64,000 nt of DNA from the NCBI GenBank assembly GCA_050298595.1, contig JBNKUM010000094.1, positions 128,001 through 192,000 of the forward strand. The letters are read 5' to 3'. Shown here piece after piece: positions 1 through 9,459 of the stretch. The notes below the pieces were generated by a model, which searched no databases, was not told where the DNA came from, and saw only the letters and a list, made by a program, of their open reading frames with translations. Each line of letters opens with the position of its first letter. Positions within the stretch are counted from its first letter, which is position 1. The stretch comes from Gammaproteobacteria bacterium. GTDB lineage: Bacteria; Pseudomonadota; Gammaproteobacteria; GCA-001735895. The translations under genes and the position numbers were made by a program.

Positions 1-290
1 AAAGAATCATTCGCGTCCTTATCCACAAATATAATCCAGCCATCTTTCCAATTTCCACTACAAGTAGAACCAGAGCTGCTGGAACAGACGATCACCTGAC
101 TGTTACGTGTGACAGACTCGTTTCGTGCAAATTGTAAATGACTATTTAATGAATTGATTTGAGAAGTCAGTCGTTCGTTTTTTATAAAGTCTGACATATT
201 AGGTAACCCGATAAGGAGCAATATGCCGACGATAGCAATTGTTACCATCAGTTCAATCAATGAGAAAGCTTGTTGTCGGAATGTTTTCAT
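1..290 (-). CDS. GspH/FimT-family type IV minor pilin (runs off window edge)
   Basis: Not in the ORF track. Manual translation from ATG at 290 gives MKTFRQQAFSLIELMVTIAIVGILLLIGLPNM...ARNESVTRNSQVIVC...C..NWKDGW: prepilin N-methylation motif plus FimT-type body. Confidence 0.85.
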   Translation of the reverse strand, partial: MKTFRQQAFSLIELMVTIAIVGILLLIGLPNMSDFIKNERLTSQINSLNSHLQFARNESVTRNSQVIVCSSSSGSTCSGNWKDGWIIFVDKDANDS

Positions 291-341
291 ATTTGTATCC
301 TAGGTTACTGGTAATAAATTGCATCAAGCTGTAGATGGGTA

Positions 342-1472
342 TCAGGTTTGTACGGATGAACGGTCATACGCCTGAATATTAACGTGATCTACGTCTGCTG
401 GTGCGTAATGCTGTTGTGTCAGACTGGACTCTTGTTGGGTCATGGTTTCGACTAACAAACGGGCTGAGGCCGGGGCCATGACAACGCCATTTCGATAGTG
501 GCCGCTATTGATAAAAAGGTTTGCGAGTTCAGGGTGTTGCCCAATAACAGGAATACCATCTGAGGATGAGGGGCGTAGGCCCGCCCAGTGTCGCTCTATT
601 TCATATCGTTTTAGCTCGGGTATGGTTGATATGGCGTAATCGTATAATTCCTGCTTTACCGGGACGGTAGTTTTTTTGTCGAATCCAGCATCCTCGGTGG
701 TACTCCCTACCAGTATGCGCCCATCTTTTCTTGGAATGATGTAATGATCATCTGACAGGGTGATATGTCTAACAGCATCGGGTTCGCCTTTGAGTAATAG
801 CATCTGGCCTTTTATGGGTTTAACCGTTCTGTCGATGGGGTGTTTATCTATGATACTTGATGTCCAGGCGCCACCAGCAACTACTACGGCATCTGCGTCA
901 TAAGTGGCCTGTTGTGTTTTAACACCAGTGATCTTGCCAGTTTTGGTGAGGATTTCGTCGACGGGCTGATTTTCGATCAGGCGGATATCGCAGAGCTTTA
1001 AATAGGTTAAGGCCAAAGCGACTAATCGTGGGTTACGCACCTGATGCACCTGTGGGAACCAGTAACCATTTTGATAGACGTCAGATAGCTCTGGAGCAAG
1101 CTGACTCAATTCTGTCTTATCTACAAGTTGCATATTGATCTGGGTGCGTTGAGCCCATTCATAGGGGTGTTCAGAGTCATAATCGCCGACAACTAACATA
1201 CCACTAGGCAGAAACTCGGCCTCAAGACCGGTAGCCTGTTGCATTTCATCTATGATGTCGGGGTAAAGCTGCTGACTGATGCGAGCCAGATCAGTAATTT
1301 CGTCAGGATAACGCCAGGGAAACAGGGGGGAAACAATTCCTCCACCAGCCCAGGAAGATTCCTGACCAAATTGTTGTCGGTCTATGACGGTGACTTCAAA
1401 GCCGTTTTTGTGCAACTCATACGCGCTTAATAAGCCGATGATTCCTCCACCGACGATAATTACTTTTTTCAT
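342..1472 (-). CDS. thiO: Glycine oxidase ThiO
   Basis: GxGxxG FAD motif, ESSWAGGGI, WAGLRP, GHYRNG; divergent from thiS-thiG. Confidence 0.9.
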   Translation of the reverse strand: MKKVIIVGGGIIGLLSAYELHKNGFEVTVIDRQQFGQESSWAGGGIVSPLFPWRYPDEITDLARISQQLYPDIIDEMQQATGLEAEFLPSGMLVVGDYDSEHPYEWAQRTQINMQLVDKTELSQLAPELSDVYQNGYWFPQVHQVRNPRLVALALTYLKLCDIRLIENQPVDEILTKTGKITGVKTQQATYDADAVVVAGGAWTSSIIDKHPIDRTVKPIKGQMLLLKGEPDAVRHITLSDDHYIIPRKDGRILVGSTTEDAGFDKKTTVPVKQELYDYAISTIPELKRYEIERHWAGLRPSSSDGIPVIGQHPELANLFINSGHYRNGVVMAPASARLLVETMTQQESSLTQQHYAPADVDHVNIQAYDRSSVQT

Positions 1473-1563
1473 TTATTTGTACTGATTATTTAAGGGTGAA
1501 TCTGCGCTCACATCATATCGCTTTTGGTGTAAAATCGCACACCGGTTTAATCGAGGTCAGTTA

Positions 1564-1764
1564 ATGCAGATCATAATTAATGGCGAAGACCATACATTAA
1601 ATGATGGCATCTTGCTTTCTACATTGTTAACTCAGCTAGAGATTTCAGGCAAACGCATTGCAGTAGAAATCAATGAATCCATCGTGCCTAAAAGTCAGCA
1701 CGATGCTACGGTTATCCAGCAGGGTGACAAAATCGAAATTATTCATGCAATTGGAGGAGGCTAA
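1564..1764 (+). CDS. thiS: Sulfur carrier protein ThiS
   Basis: 66 aa ubiquitin-like protein, C-terminal GGG, directly before thiG. Confidence 0.95.
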   Translation: MQIIINGEDHTLNDGILLSTLLTQLEISGKRIAVEINESIVPKSQHDATVIQQGDKIEIIHAIGGG

Positions 1765-2553
1765 GTGGCCGGTTCAAAAGACATTTTAACGATAGCAGGT
1801 AAGCAGTATCACTCACGTTTACTGGTGGGTTCCGGAAAATATAAAGATCTGGAAGAAACCCGGCTGGCGACTGAAGCCAGTGAGGCTGAGATCATTACCG
1901 TAGCAATACGTCGAACCAATATTGGCCAGAATGCTGATGAGCCTAATTTGCTGGATGTGGTGCCACCTGATCGCTATACCATCTTACCCAACACAGCAGG
2001 TTGTTTTAATGCCAAAGATGCTGTGCGTACCTGTCAGCTTGCGCGCGAATTACTGGATGGTCACAACCTGGTCAAACTTGAAGTATTAGCCGATCAAAAG
2101 ACACTGTTTCCCCATGTTCTGGATACCTTGAAAGCGGCTGAGACGCTGGTAGCGGATGGTTTTGATGTTATGGTTTATACCAATGATGACCCCATCATCG
2201 CAAAATTACTGGAAGAGATTGGTTGTGTTGCAGTAATGCCATTGGCTGCACCGATAGGTTCTGGTCTGGGTATTCGAAACCCCTACAATATTCTGGAAAT
2301 TATCGAAAATGCCAATGTGCCTGTGATTGTTGATGCGGGTGTGGGTACGGCATCAGATGCTGCAATTGCGATGGAGCTGGGTTGTGATGGTGTATTAATG
2401 AATACCGCCATAGCAGCAGCAAAAGATCCTGTGTTAATGGCGTCGGCTATGAAAAAAGGTATTCAGGCAGGACGCGAAGCATTCCTTGCTGGGCGTATGC
2501 CAAAGAAGCGCTATGCATCGGCTTCTTCGCCCATTGAAGGCATTATTTCCTAA
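1765..2553 (+). CDS. thiG: Thiazole synthase
   Basis: [30 protein letters not shown] motifs; GTG start. Confidence 0.97.
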   Translation: MAGSKDILTIAGKQYHSRLLVGSGKYKDLEETRLATEASEAEIITVAIRRTNIGQNADEPNLLDVVPPDRYTILPNTAGCFNAKDAVRTCQLARELLDGHNLVKLEVLADQKTLFPHVLDTLKAAETLVADGFDVMVYTNDDPIIAKLLEEIGCVAVMPLAAPIGSGLGIRNPYNILEIIENANVPVIVDAGVGTASDAAIAMELGCDGVLMNTAIAAAKDPVLMASAMKKGIQAGREAFLAGRMPKKRYASASSPIEGIIS

Positions 2554-2567
2554 ACTAATTACGTTGT

Positions 2568-3275
2568 ATGAATTTAGATGATCAGGAGACGCTAAAAAAG
2601 CGTTCAATCAGAAGTTTTGTTAAGCGTACTGGCCGCCTAACCAGCGGGCAGGAGTTTGCGCTAACGGAATATTGGCCGCTGTATGGGATTGATTATAAAC
2701 CTCAGGCGCAGATAGATATTCAACGGCTTTTTCCAGGCCTGAATCGCTTGAAGCTGGAGATCGGTTTCGGTAATGGTGACTCTCTGGTGCAGATGGCGGT
2801 AGCCGATCCAGATTCGGCCTATATCGGCATCGAAGTGCATGAGCCTGGTGTCGGTCATTGTCTGAAACTGATTCATGAGCAAAGTATTCCTAACTTAAAA
2901 CTGATGACGCATGATGCGATTGAGGTTTTGCAAAATATGATGCCTGAGCAATGTCTTGAACGCGTATTTCTGTTTTTCCCCGATCCCTGGCATAAGAAAA
3001 GGCATCACAAGCGGCGTATTGTAAATCAGCAGTTTCGCGATTTATTGTTCCGCTCATTAAAGCCTGAAGGCGTTTTACATATGGCGACTGACTGGCAGGA
3101 GTATGCTAAGCATATGGCGGCAGATCTATTCTCAGATTCTCGCTTTAAAAATCTTGGTGATGCTCAGGGGTATTGCGCTAAACCCGATTATCGACCTGTG
3201 ACCCGGTTCGAACGCCGTGGACACCGTCTGGGGCATGGTGTGTGGGACTTAATGTTTCAGAAACTTCCGAATTAA
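2568..3275 (+). CDS. trmB: tRNA (guanine46-N7)-methyltransferase
   Basis: LEIGFGNG, FFPDPWHKKRHHKRR, ATDW motifs; usual thiG-trmB order. Confidence 0.96.
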   Translation: MNLDDQETLKKRSIRSFVKRTGRLTSGQEFALTEYWPLYGIDYKPQAQIDIQRLFPGLNRLKLEIGFGNGDSLVQMAVADPDSAYIGIEVHEPGVGHCLKLIHEQSIPNLKLMTHDAIEVLQNMMPEQCLERVFLFFPDPWHKKRHHKRRIVNQQFRDLLFRSLKPEGVLHMATDWQEYAKHMAADLFSDSRFKNLGDAQGYCAKPDYRPVTRFERRGHRLGHGVWDLMFQKLPN

Positions 3276-3278
3276 AAT

Positions 3279-4187
3279 CTAATTTTTAGAAGTTAAGTTT
3301 CTGAGCGATTGTACAAAGGCTTCGGCTACAGGGTTGTTGATGTTGGCACGGTTACGCGCAATCCATAGCGTGATGATTATTTTGAGTGGTTCGACCCTGA
3401 TTTGTTGTAACTGATGATTGGCTAGTGCATCGGCTACAGCAAATCTGGGTAGAAAACTCATATGCCTTCCTCGGTTGAGTATCTCAACAATCGTGTCGGT
3501 TGACCCTACCTCAAGCGAAATATCCAGACTTGCAATCCCTGCGTCCTGCAAAACTTGATCAAGAATTCTACGTATAGATGAATTGGTCTCGCGTAGCACA
3601 AATTTCTGTTCATTCAATTGTTGTAGAGAAATACTGTCATACCCACTGAGTGCATGATTGGGTGCGCACACCAGGATTAACTCATCATCAATCCATTTCT
3701 GTACCAGAATGTCAGGGTGGTCTGGTGCCAGTTCCAGTAAAGCCAGATCGACCAGGCCGGTTGCCAGTCGGGTTTGAATCCTGCGTGAATACCCCATGCG
3801 ACTTTGAATCTGATATTCAGGGAAGTTGTCAGAAAAGCTAAGCAGCAGCTCTGGAAGCAGGTGTTCGCCAATAGCAAAAGTAACTTCCAGGCGTAACTTG
3901 TTCTTTCCCTGAGTCAGGCTCTGCAGATCCTCCAGCAGTGTTGTCTGGTGGTCGAGAGCCAAGCGAGCAAATGCATATACCCGGTCTCCGGCTGCAGTCA
4001 GTTCCAGTTTGCGACCTTTGCGCAGCATTAAAGAGGTGCCGTAGCATTCATCCAGAGCACGCAAACGTTTGGTCACGGCTGGTTGACCAATGTGTAAAAA
4101 ATGAGCCGCCTGTTCGGTGCCGCCCAGTTCAACAACAGCACGTAATGCTGCCAGGCCTTTTAAGTCAGGTAGGTTTCTATATTCCAT
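3279..4187 (-). CDS. LysR-family transcriptional regulator
   Basis: N-terminal HTH (IGQPAVTKRLRALD) and LysR substrate domain; divergent from the transporter cluster. Confidence 0.9.
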   Translation of the reverse strand: MEYRNLPDLKGLAALRAVVELGGTEQAAHFLHIGQPAVTKRLRALDECYGTSLMLRKGRKLELTAAGDRVYAFARLALDHQTTLLEDLQSLTQGKNKLRLEVTFAIGEHLLPELLLSFSDNFPEYQIQSRMGYSRRIQTRLATGLVDLALLELAPDHPDILVQKWIDDELILVCAPNHALSGYDSISLQQLNEQKFVLRETNSSIRRILDQVLQDAGIASLDISLEVGSTDTIVEILNRGRHMSFLPRFAVADALANHQLQQIRVEPLKIIITLWIARNRANINNPVAEAFVQSLRNLTSKN

Positions 4188-4197
4188 ATTGGAATAT
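4179..4197. promoter_or_regulatory. Putative LysR operator (T-N11-A palindrome) over the regulator's own start codon
   Basis: Perfect IR ATATTCCA-tat-TGGAATAT containing TTCCATATTGGAA (T-N11-A); related ATATTCCTTTTGGAC at 4282-4296. Confidence 0.55.
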
Positions 4198-4413
4198 TAA
4201 TGTATTCTATATCATTTGATGTTTCCACTAATAATATTCATGATTTCTAAGTTTTTTTGGATAGTAAAAATATAGTTAGATATATTCCTTTTGGACGTTT
4301 TACATTCTCTGCCAGGAATGGTCTCATATATAAATAAAACAGACGCACAGAGTGTGCAGGCAAAATCTCCGGATTGGTTTTGCTGATAAGTTTGTAACAA
4401 CTGAGGTAAATAA

Positions 4414-6420
4414 ATGAATGCATCAACACAGTCTGTTGCGTCCTCTTCAGACAGTACTTCATCATCATCTGTAACTTCCTACTTTTCACCTAAACAGATA
4501 ATTGCCGCTTTAGTGTTTGCACTACTGGGGGGGTATCTCGCGACTGTTGTGCCTTCTGTGCAGATTGCCTGGGTCACTGGCATCCTGATGCTAACCATTT
4601 ATCTTTTTGCCTTTGAGGTTGTTGGTGTTGACGTGGCGGCTGCGTCGATCATGGTTTTGTTGGGATTAACCTCATTATTAGCACCCTATATGGGGTTGGA
4701 GCAGGGCCTGGTTGATACCAACCATCTTTTTGATGGCTTCAGTTCCAATGCGGTTATGTCGATTATTGCCGTCATGATTATCGGATCTGGTCTGGATCGA
4801 ACCGGTTTAATGAGTAAGGTGGCGTCCTTTATTCTAAGAATTGGGGGAACAACTGAGACGCGAATAATCCCTATCATCTCAGGTACAGTCGGAATCATTT
4901 CTTCATTTATGCAAAATGTGGGCGCAGCAGCGTTATTTCTGCCAGTGGTGAGCCGGATTTCATCGCGTTCGGGACTGCCTATGTCACGTCTGCTGATGCC
5001 TATGGGGTTTACTGCAATCCTTGGGGGTACGGTCACAATGGTTGGTTCCAGCCCTTTGATTTTGTTGAACGATTTAATTCTTACTTCCAATAAAGCATTG
5101 CCAGATGAACACCAGATGGAAACCTGGGGCCTGTTTTCGGTTACGCCGGTCGGGCTGGCATTGGTGGTGACGGGTATCATTTATTTTGTGCTGGCTGGTC
5201 GTTTTGTTTTACCGGTTAGCAAGTCAGAGAAAGGCAAGTCTTCTGATCCAATGAAATATTTTCGCGAGGTCTACAATATTGAGTACTCCCTGTACGAAGT
5301 CGTGGTTCCCGATACCAGTAAATTGATCGGCCAGAAACTGGATGATGTTGAAACCAAATATCGTATTCGTATTATTGCAAACAAGATAGGTGGACAGGAA
5401 AGTCAGGTGGGGCCAGGTACCCTGGCGCGTGATACCGAGTTTCAGCCGGGTATGGTACTGGGTGTTGTGGCGGCACCAGGACATCTTGAGCACTTTGTTG
5501 AAAAATATCAGCTACTCAAACGCGATTCGTTAAGAACATTTGTGGAAGTTTTATCCACTGCCAAGGCAGGTATCGCAGAAGTAGTTATTCCCCCAGGCTC
5601 TAATCTGGTAGGAAAGTCAGCGCGCGATGTCTGGATGCGTAAAACCTATGGTCTGGCACTGGTTGCCCTGCATCGAAATGGGGAAACGCTACGTGAAGGG
5701 GATTATATCCGAGACATGCCTTTTAATGCGGGTGATACACTGGTCGTGCATACCACCTGGTTATCACTTGAACGACTGAGCCATGACCGAAATTTTGTGG
5801 TGGTAACCACCGAATACCCACACGAAGAAAAGCTGCGTCCAGAAAAATTAAAGTGGGCAGGCCTGTTTTTTTCCATCGCGCTAGGACTCGTTTTATTTTC
5901 TGATCTCCGCCTGTCGATTGCACTGTTAACCGGTGCCATCGGAATGGTGTTATCGGGGGTGTTGAAGATTGAAGAAGCCTATGAGGCGGTGAGCTGGAAA
6001 ACGGTTTTTCTGCTGGCTTCATTAATCCCGCTGGGGCTGGCTGTTGAAACCAGTGGAACAGCTAAATGGATTGCTGAACAGGTGCTTTATGTGGTCGGCG
6101 ATGCATCAATTTGGGTCATCCAGTTATCAGTGGCGGCACTGGCGACATTTTTTACACTGGTCATGTCTAATGTCGGGGCGACGGTTTTACTGGTGCCATT
6201 GGCGGTAAATATAGCGATAGGCGTGGGTGCCAGCCCAGCATTGTTTGCTTTAACAGTCGCTATTGCTACTTCCAATTCTTTTATCATACCAACTCATCAG
6301 GTTAATGCATTGATCATGGGGCCTGCAGGGTATAGAGTCCCTGATTTTATGAAAGCAGGAGGCATCATGACCGTGCTATTTTTAATTGTAATGATGCTGA
6401 TGATGGGTTTGATTTTTTAG
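4414..6420 (+). CDS. SLC13/DASS-family permease with TrkA-C (RCK-C) domains
   Basis: Two TM blocks flanking soluble EVVVP..SKLIG / EVVIPPGSNLVG repeats; SSFMQNVGA and MSNVGA motifs; PTHQVN..GY...DF. Confidence 0.88.
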   Translation: MNASTQSVASSSDSTSSSSVTSYFSPKQIIAALVFALLGGYLATVVPSVQIAWVTGILMLTIYLFAFEVVGVDVAAASIMVLLGLTSLLAPYMGLEQGLVDTNHLFDGFSSNAVMSIIAVMIIGSGLDRTGLMSKVASFILRIGGTTETRIIPIISGTVGIISSFMQNVGAAALFLPVVSRISSRSGLPMSRLLMPMGFTAILGGTVTMVGSSPLILLNDLILTSNKALPDEHQMETWGLFSVTPVGLALVVTGIIYFVLAGRFVLPVSKSEKGKSSDPMKYFREVYNIEYSLYEVVVPDTSKLIGQKLDDVETKYRIRIIANKIGGQESQVGPGTLARDTEFQPGMVLGVVAAPGHLEHFVEKYQLLKRDSLRTFVEVLSTAKAGIAEVVIPPGSNLVGKSARDVWMRKTYGLALVALHRNGETLREGDYIRDMPFNAGDTLVVHTTWLSLERLSHDRNFVVVTTEYPHEEKLRPEKLKWAGLFFSIALGLVLFSDLRLSIALLTGAIGMVLSGVLKIEEAYEAVSWKTVFLLASLIPLGLAVETSGTAKWIAEQVLYVVGDASIWVIQLSVAALATFFTLVMSNVGATVLLVPLAVNIAIGVGASPALFALTVAIATSNSFIIPTHQVNALIMGPAGYRVPDFMKAGGIMTVLFLIVMMLMMGLIF

Positions 6421-6433
6421 GTTTCAGATTTGT

Positions 6434-7849
6434 ATGAATAAATTGCTGGTGTTGTTATCAGGATTGGTCGCCATGATCATTCCAGGGTTAGGTGTGGCTG
6501 CGGCCGAAGTTATTGAAAAACCACTGGATCTCACGTCCAGTACGGTGGGCTATGCAGCCATATTAATTTTTGTAGTGGCCTACCTGTTTGTCATGGCTGA
6601 GGAATTCACCCATTTGCGTAAATCCAAGCCTGTAATACTGGCTGCAGGTTTGATCTGGGGAATGATTGCTCTGGTGTATCAGGGGCATCCGGGTATGGAA
6701 GCGCTACCTGAGCATGCGATTCGCCACAACCTCCTCGAGTATGCAGAATTAATGCTGTTTCTGCTGGTTGCTATGACCTATGTAAACAGTATGGATGAGC
6801 ATCGGGTTTTTGATGTGCTGAGGGTTAAACTGGTCAGCTCTGGACTGGGATTTAGAGCAGTGTTCTGGATTACCGGCCTATTGGCATTTTTTATCTCACC
6901 AGTTGCAGATAACCTGACAACAGCGCTGTTGATGTGTGCGGTAGTGATGGCTGTTGGAGGCACTAATACCAGGTTTGTCACGCTTTCCTGTATCAATATT
7001 GTGATTGGTGCTAATGCCGGAGGTGCCTACTCTCCATTTGGTGACATTACTACTTTAATGGTATGGCAGAAAGGTTTAGTCCATTTCTGGGGTTTCTTTG
7101 CGCTATTTGCACCTGCGGCGGTCAATTTTCTGGTGCCTGCTGCTTTCATGCATTTCGCGATACCGAATGAAAAACCTGAGCCGAATACTGAAGATATTCA
7201 AATGAAACGTGGTGCGAAACGCATCATTATACTTTTTCTGCTAACGATTATTACTGCGGTTTCTTTTCATAACTTTCTGCACTTGCCTCCAGTCATTGGC
7301 ATGTTGACGGGGCTTTCCTATCTGCAAATCTTTGGCTATTACCTGAAAAAGACCAGCAAGGTGGCTCAGGCAGGGCCGAATAACTCGCTGGGAGAGATTG
7401 TACCTTTTGATGTGTTTGTGCCTGTGGCTCGTGCAGAGTGGGACACGCTGCTGTTTTTCTACGGCGTGGTTGCCTGTGTGGGTGGCCTGGGATTTCTGGG
7501 ATATCTAGGTCTGGTATCTGAGCTGATGTATACGCAATGGGGCGCTACTACTGCCAATGTGACTGTTGGAGTCCTTTCGGCCATCGTTGATAATATTCCG
7601 GTTATGTTTGCGGTATTGACGATGAACCCGGAAATGTCTACCGGCCAATGGTTGCTGGTTACCTTGACTGCTGGCGTAGGAGGTTCATTGCTCTCAATCG
7701 GATCAGCCGCAGGTGTTGCTTTGATGGGTCAGGCTCGCGGACAGTATACCTTTTTTGGGCATTTGAAATGGATGCCGGTTATCGCCCTGGGCTATGCCGC
7801 CAGCATTTGGGTTCACTTTTGGGTTAACGCATCACTGTTTAATCTCTGA
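6434..7849 (+). CDS. nhaD: Na+/H+ antiporter NhaD (copy 1)
   Basis: EEFTHLRKSKP, ISPVADNLTTAL, ANAGGAYSPFGDITT, SAIVDNIP, SIGSAAGVALMG. Confidence 0.92.
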   Translation: MNKLLVLLSGLVAMIIPGLGVAAAEVIEKPLDLTSSTVGYAAILIFVVAYLFVMAEEFTHLRKSKPVILAAGLIWGMIALVYQGHPGMEALPEHAIRHNLLEYAELMLFLLVAMTYVNSMDEHRVFDVLRVKLVSSGLGFRAVFWITGLLAFFISPVADNLTTALLMCAVVMAVGGTNTRFVTLSCINIVIGANAGGAYSPFGDITTLMVWQKGLVHFWGFFALFAPAAVNFLVPAAFMHFAIPNEKPEPNTEDIQMKRGAKRIIILFLLTIITAVSFHNFLHLPPVIGMLTGLSYLQIFGYYLKKTSKVAQAGPNNSLGEIVPFDVFVPVARAEWDTLLFFYGVVACVGGLGFLGYLGLVSELMYTQWGATTANVTVGVLSAIVDNIPVMFAVLTMNPEMSTGQWLLVTLTAGVGGSLLSIGSAAGVALMGQARGQYTFFGHLKWMPVIALGYAASIWVHFWVNASLFNL

Positions 7850-8005
7850 ACATTATTTCAAGGCGGTCCAGGTGCTGGGGCAGTACTGGACCGTTGAGTA
7901 TTCATTACTCAATCCTTCCTGTATAAAAAAACCAGCCTTGACACCACAATTTCATCTAAGCAAGATAGGGTCTTCTGTGCATATTTAACAGGACTCTCAG
8001 GGCTT

Positions 8006-9427
8006 ATGAAAAGACTGATATTGGTTCCAGCACTTATATTACTTTGTCTGTTTCCCGTCACCAGTTTTGCTATTGAAGAATTGATAGCTCTGGACCTTAC
8101 TGCTGACACTGTCGGCATCTTCTCCTTAATCGTTTTCATCTTCGCCTATCTATTGGTGATGGCAGAGGAGTTCACCCGCCTGCGTAAATCCAAGCCTGTA
8201 ATTATTGCTGCCGGTATTATCTGGGCTTCCATAGCCTGGGTATATCGTGGTCACCCAGGCATGGAAATTCTGCCGGAGAATGCCGTGCGTCATAATCTGT
8301 TGGAGTATGCAGAATTGATGTTGTTTCTGCTGGCAGCTATGACCTACATCAATGCCATGGATGAGCGTAATGTGTTCGAAGCACTACGTTCAAAACTGGT
8401 CGCGACCGGATTTGGTTTTCGCAGCTTATTCTGGATCACAGGTATGCTGTCTTTCTTTATCTCTCCAGTGGCAGATAATCTGACCACAGCGTTATTAATG
8501 TGTGCAGTGGTGATCGCAGTGGCAGGAGATAATGATCGTTTTGTGTTATTAGGCTGTATCAATATCGTCATTGCGGCCAATGCGGGTGGTGCCTTTTCTC
8601 CATTTGGTGATATCACGACCTTGATGGTGTGGCAGAAAGGTATTGTCGATTTCTGGGGCTTTTTTGCACTGTTTGTTCCTTCGCTAGTGAATTATCTGGT
8701 GCCTGCGGCTTTTATGCATTTTGCGGTACCCAATGAGAAGCCAGAGGCTGCGGATGATAATGTGGCGATGAAGCGCGGTGCTAAACGTATCATACTGTTG
8801 TTTCTGTGTACCATCATCACTGCGGTAAGCTTTCATAACTTCCTGCATCTGCCTCCGGTGATAGGTATGTTGACCGGTCTGGGTTATCTGAAAGTGTTTG
8901 GGTATTATCTAAAAGTAACGCATAAAAATGGAGGAGACAAAAACGAGCCGACTACTCTGCATCCTGCAGTGGGAGATGTTGTGCCCTTCGACGTTTTTCA
9001 GGGTGTTGCACGAGCGGAGTGGGATACCTTATTGTTCTTTTATGGTGTGGTTGCCTGTGTAGGAGGATTGGGTTTTATAGGTTATCTGGAATTGGTGTCA
9101 GAGTTGATGTACACCCAGTGGGGTGCGACTTCAGCCAATATTACGGTCGGCCTGTTGTCGGCAATCGTTGATAATATTCCAGTTATGTTTGCTGTACTCA
9201 CCATGCTGCCAGAGATGTCGCAGGGGCAATGGTTGTTGGTTACCCTGACAGCCGGTGTGGGTGGGTCACTACTCTCAATTGGTTCGGCAGCAGGGGTAGC
9301 GCTTATGGGCCAGGCAAGGGGAAAATATACCTTCTTCGGTCACCTCAAATGGTCACCTGTCATTGCTATAGGGTATGCAACCAGCATTGCAGTTCACCTG
9401 TGGCTGAATGAATCGTTATTCATTTAA
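8006..9427 (+). CDS. nhaD: Na+/H+ antiporter NhaD (copy 2, tandem paralog)
   Basis: Same NhaD motifs, with long identical stretches shared with copy 1. Confidence 0.92.
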   Translation: MKRLILVPALILLCLFPVTSFAIEELIALDLTADTVGIFSLIVFIFAYLLVMAEEFTRLRKSKPVIIAAGIIWASIAWVYRGHPGMEILPENAVRHNLLEYAELMLFLLAAMTYINAMDERNVFEALRSKLVATGFGFRSLFWITGMLSFFISPVADNLTTALLMCAVVIAVAGDNDRFVLLGCINIVIAANAGGAFSPFGDITTLMVWQKGIVDFWGFFALFVPSLVNYLVPAAFMHFAVPNEKPEAADDNVAMKRGAKRIILLFLCTIITAVSFHNFLHLPPVIGMLTGLGYLKVFGYYLKVTHKNGGDKNEPTTLHPAVGDVVPFDVFQGVARAEWDTLLFFYGVVACVGGLGFIGYLELVSELMYTQWGATSANITVGLLSAIVDNIPVMFAVLTMLPEMSQGQWLLVTLTAGVGGSLLSIGSAAGVALMGQARGKYTFFGHLKWSPVIAIGYATSIAVHLWLNESLFI

Positions 9428-9459
9428 ATCCTTTGTCGATAATTATCCCCGCTTAGAAA

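Noticed and set aside
1473-1563. TPP riboswitch for the thi genes
   Set aside because: The 90-bp divergent gap lacks the CTGAGA and downstream aptamer motifs.
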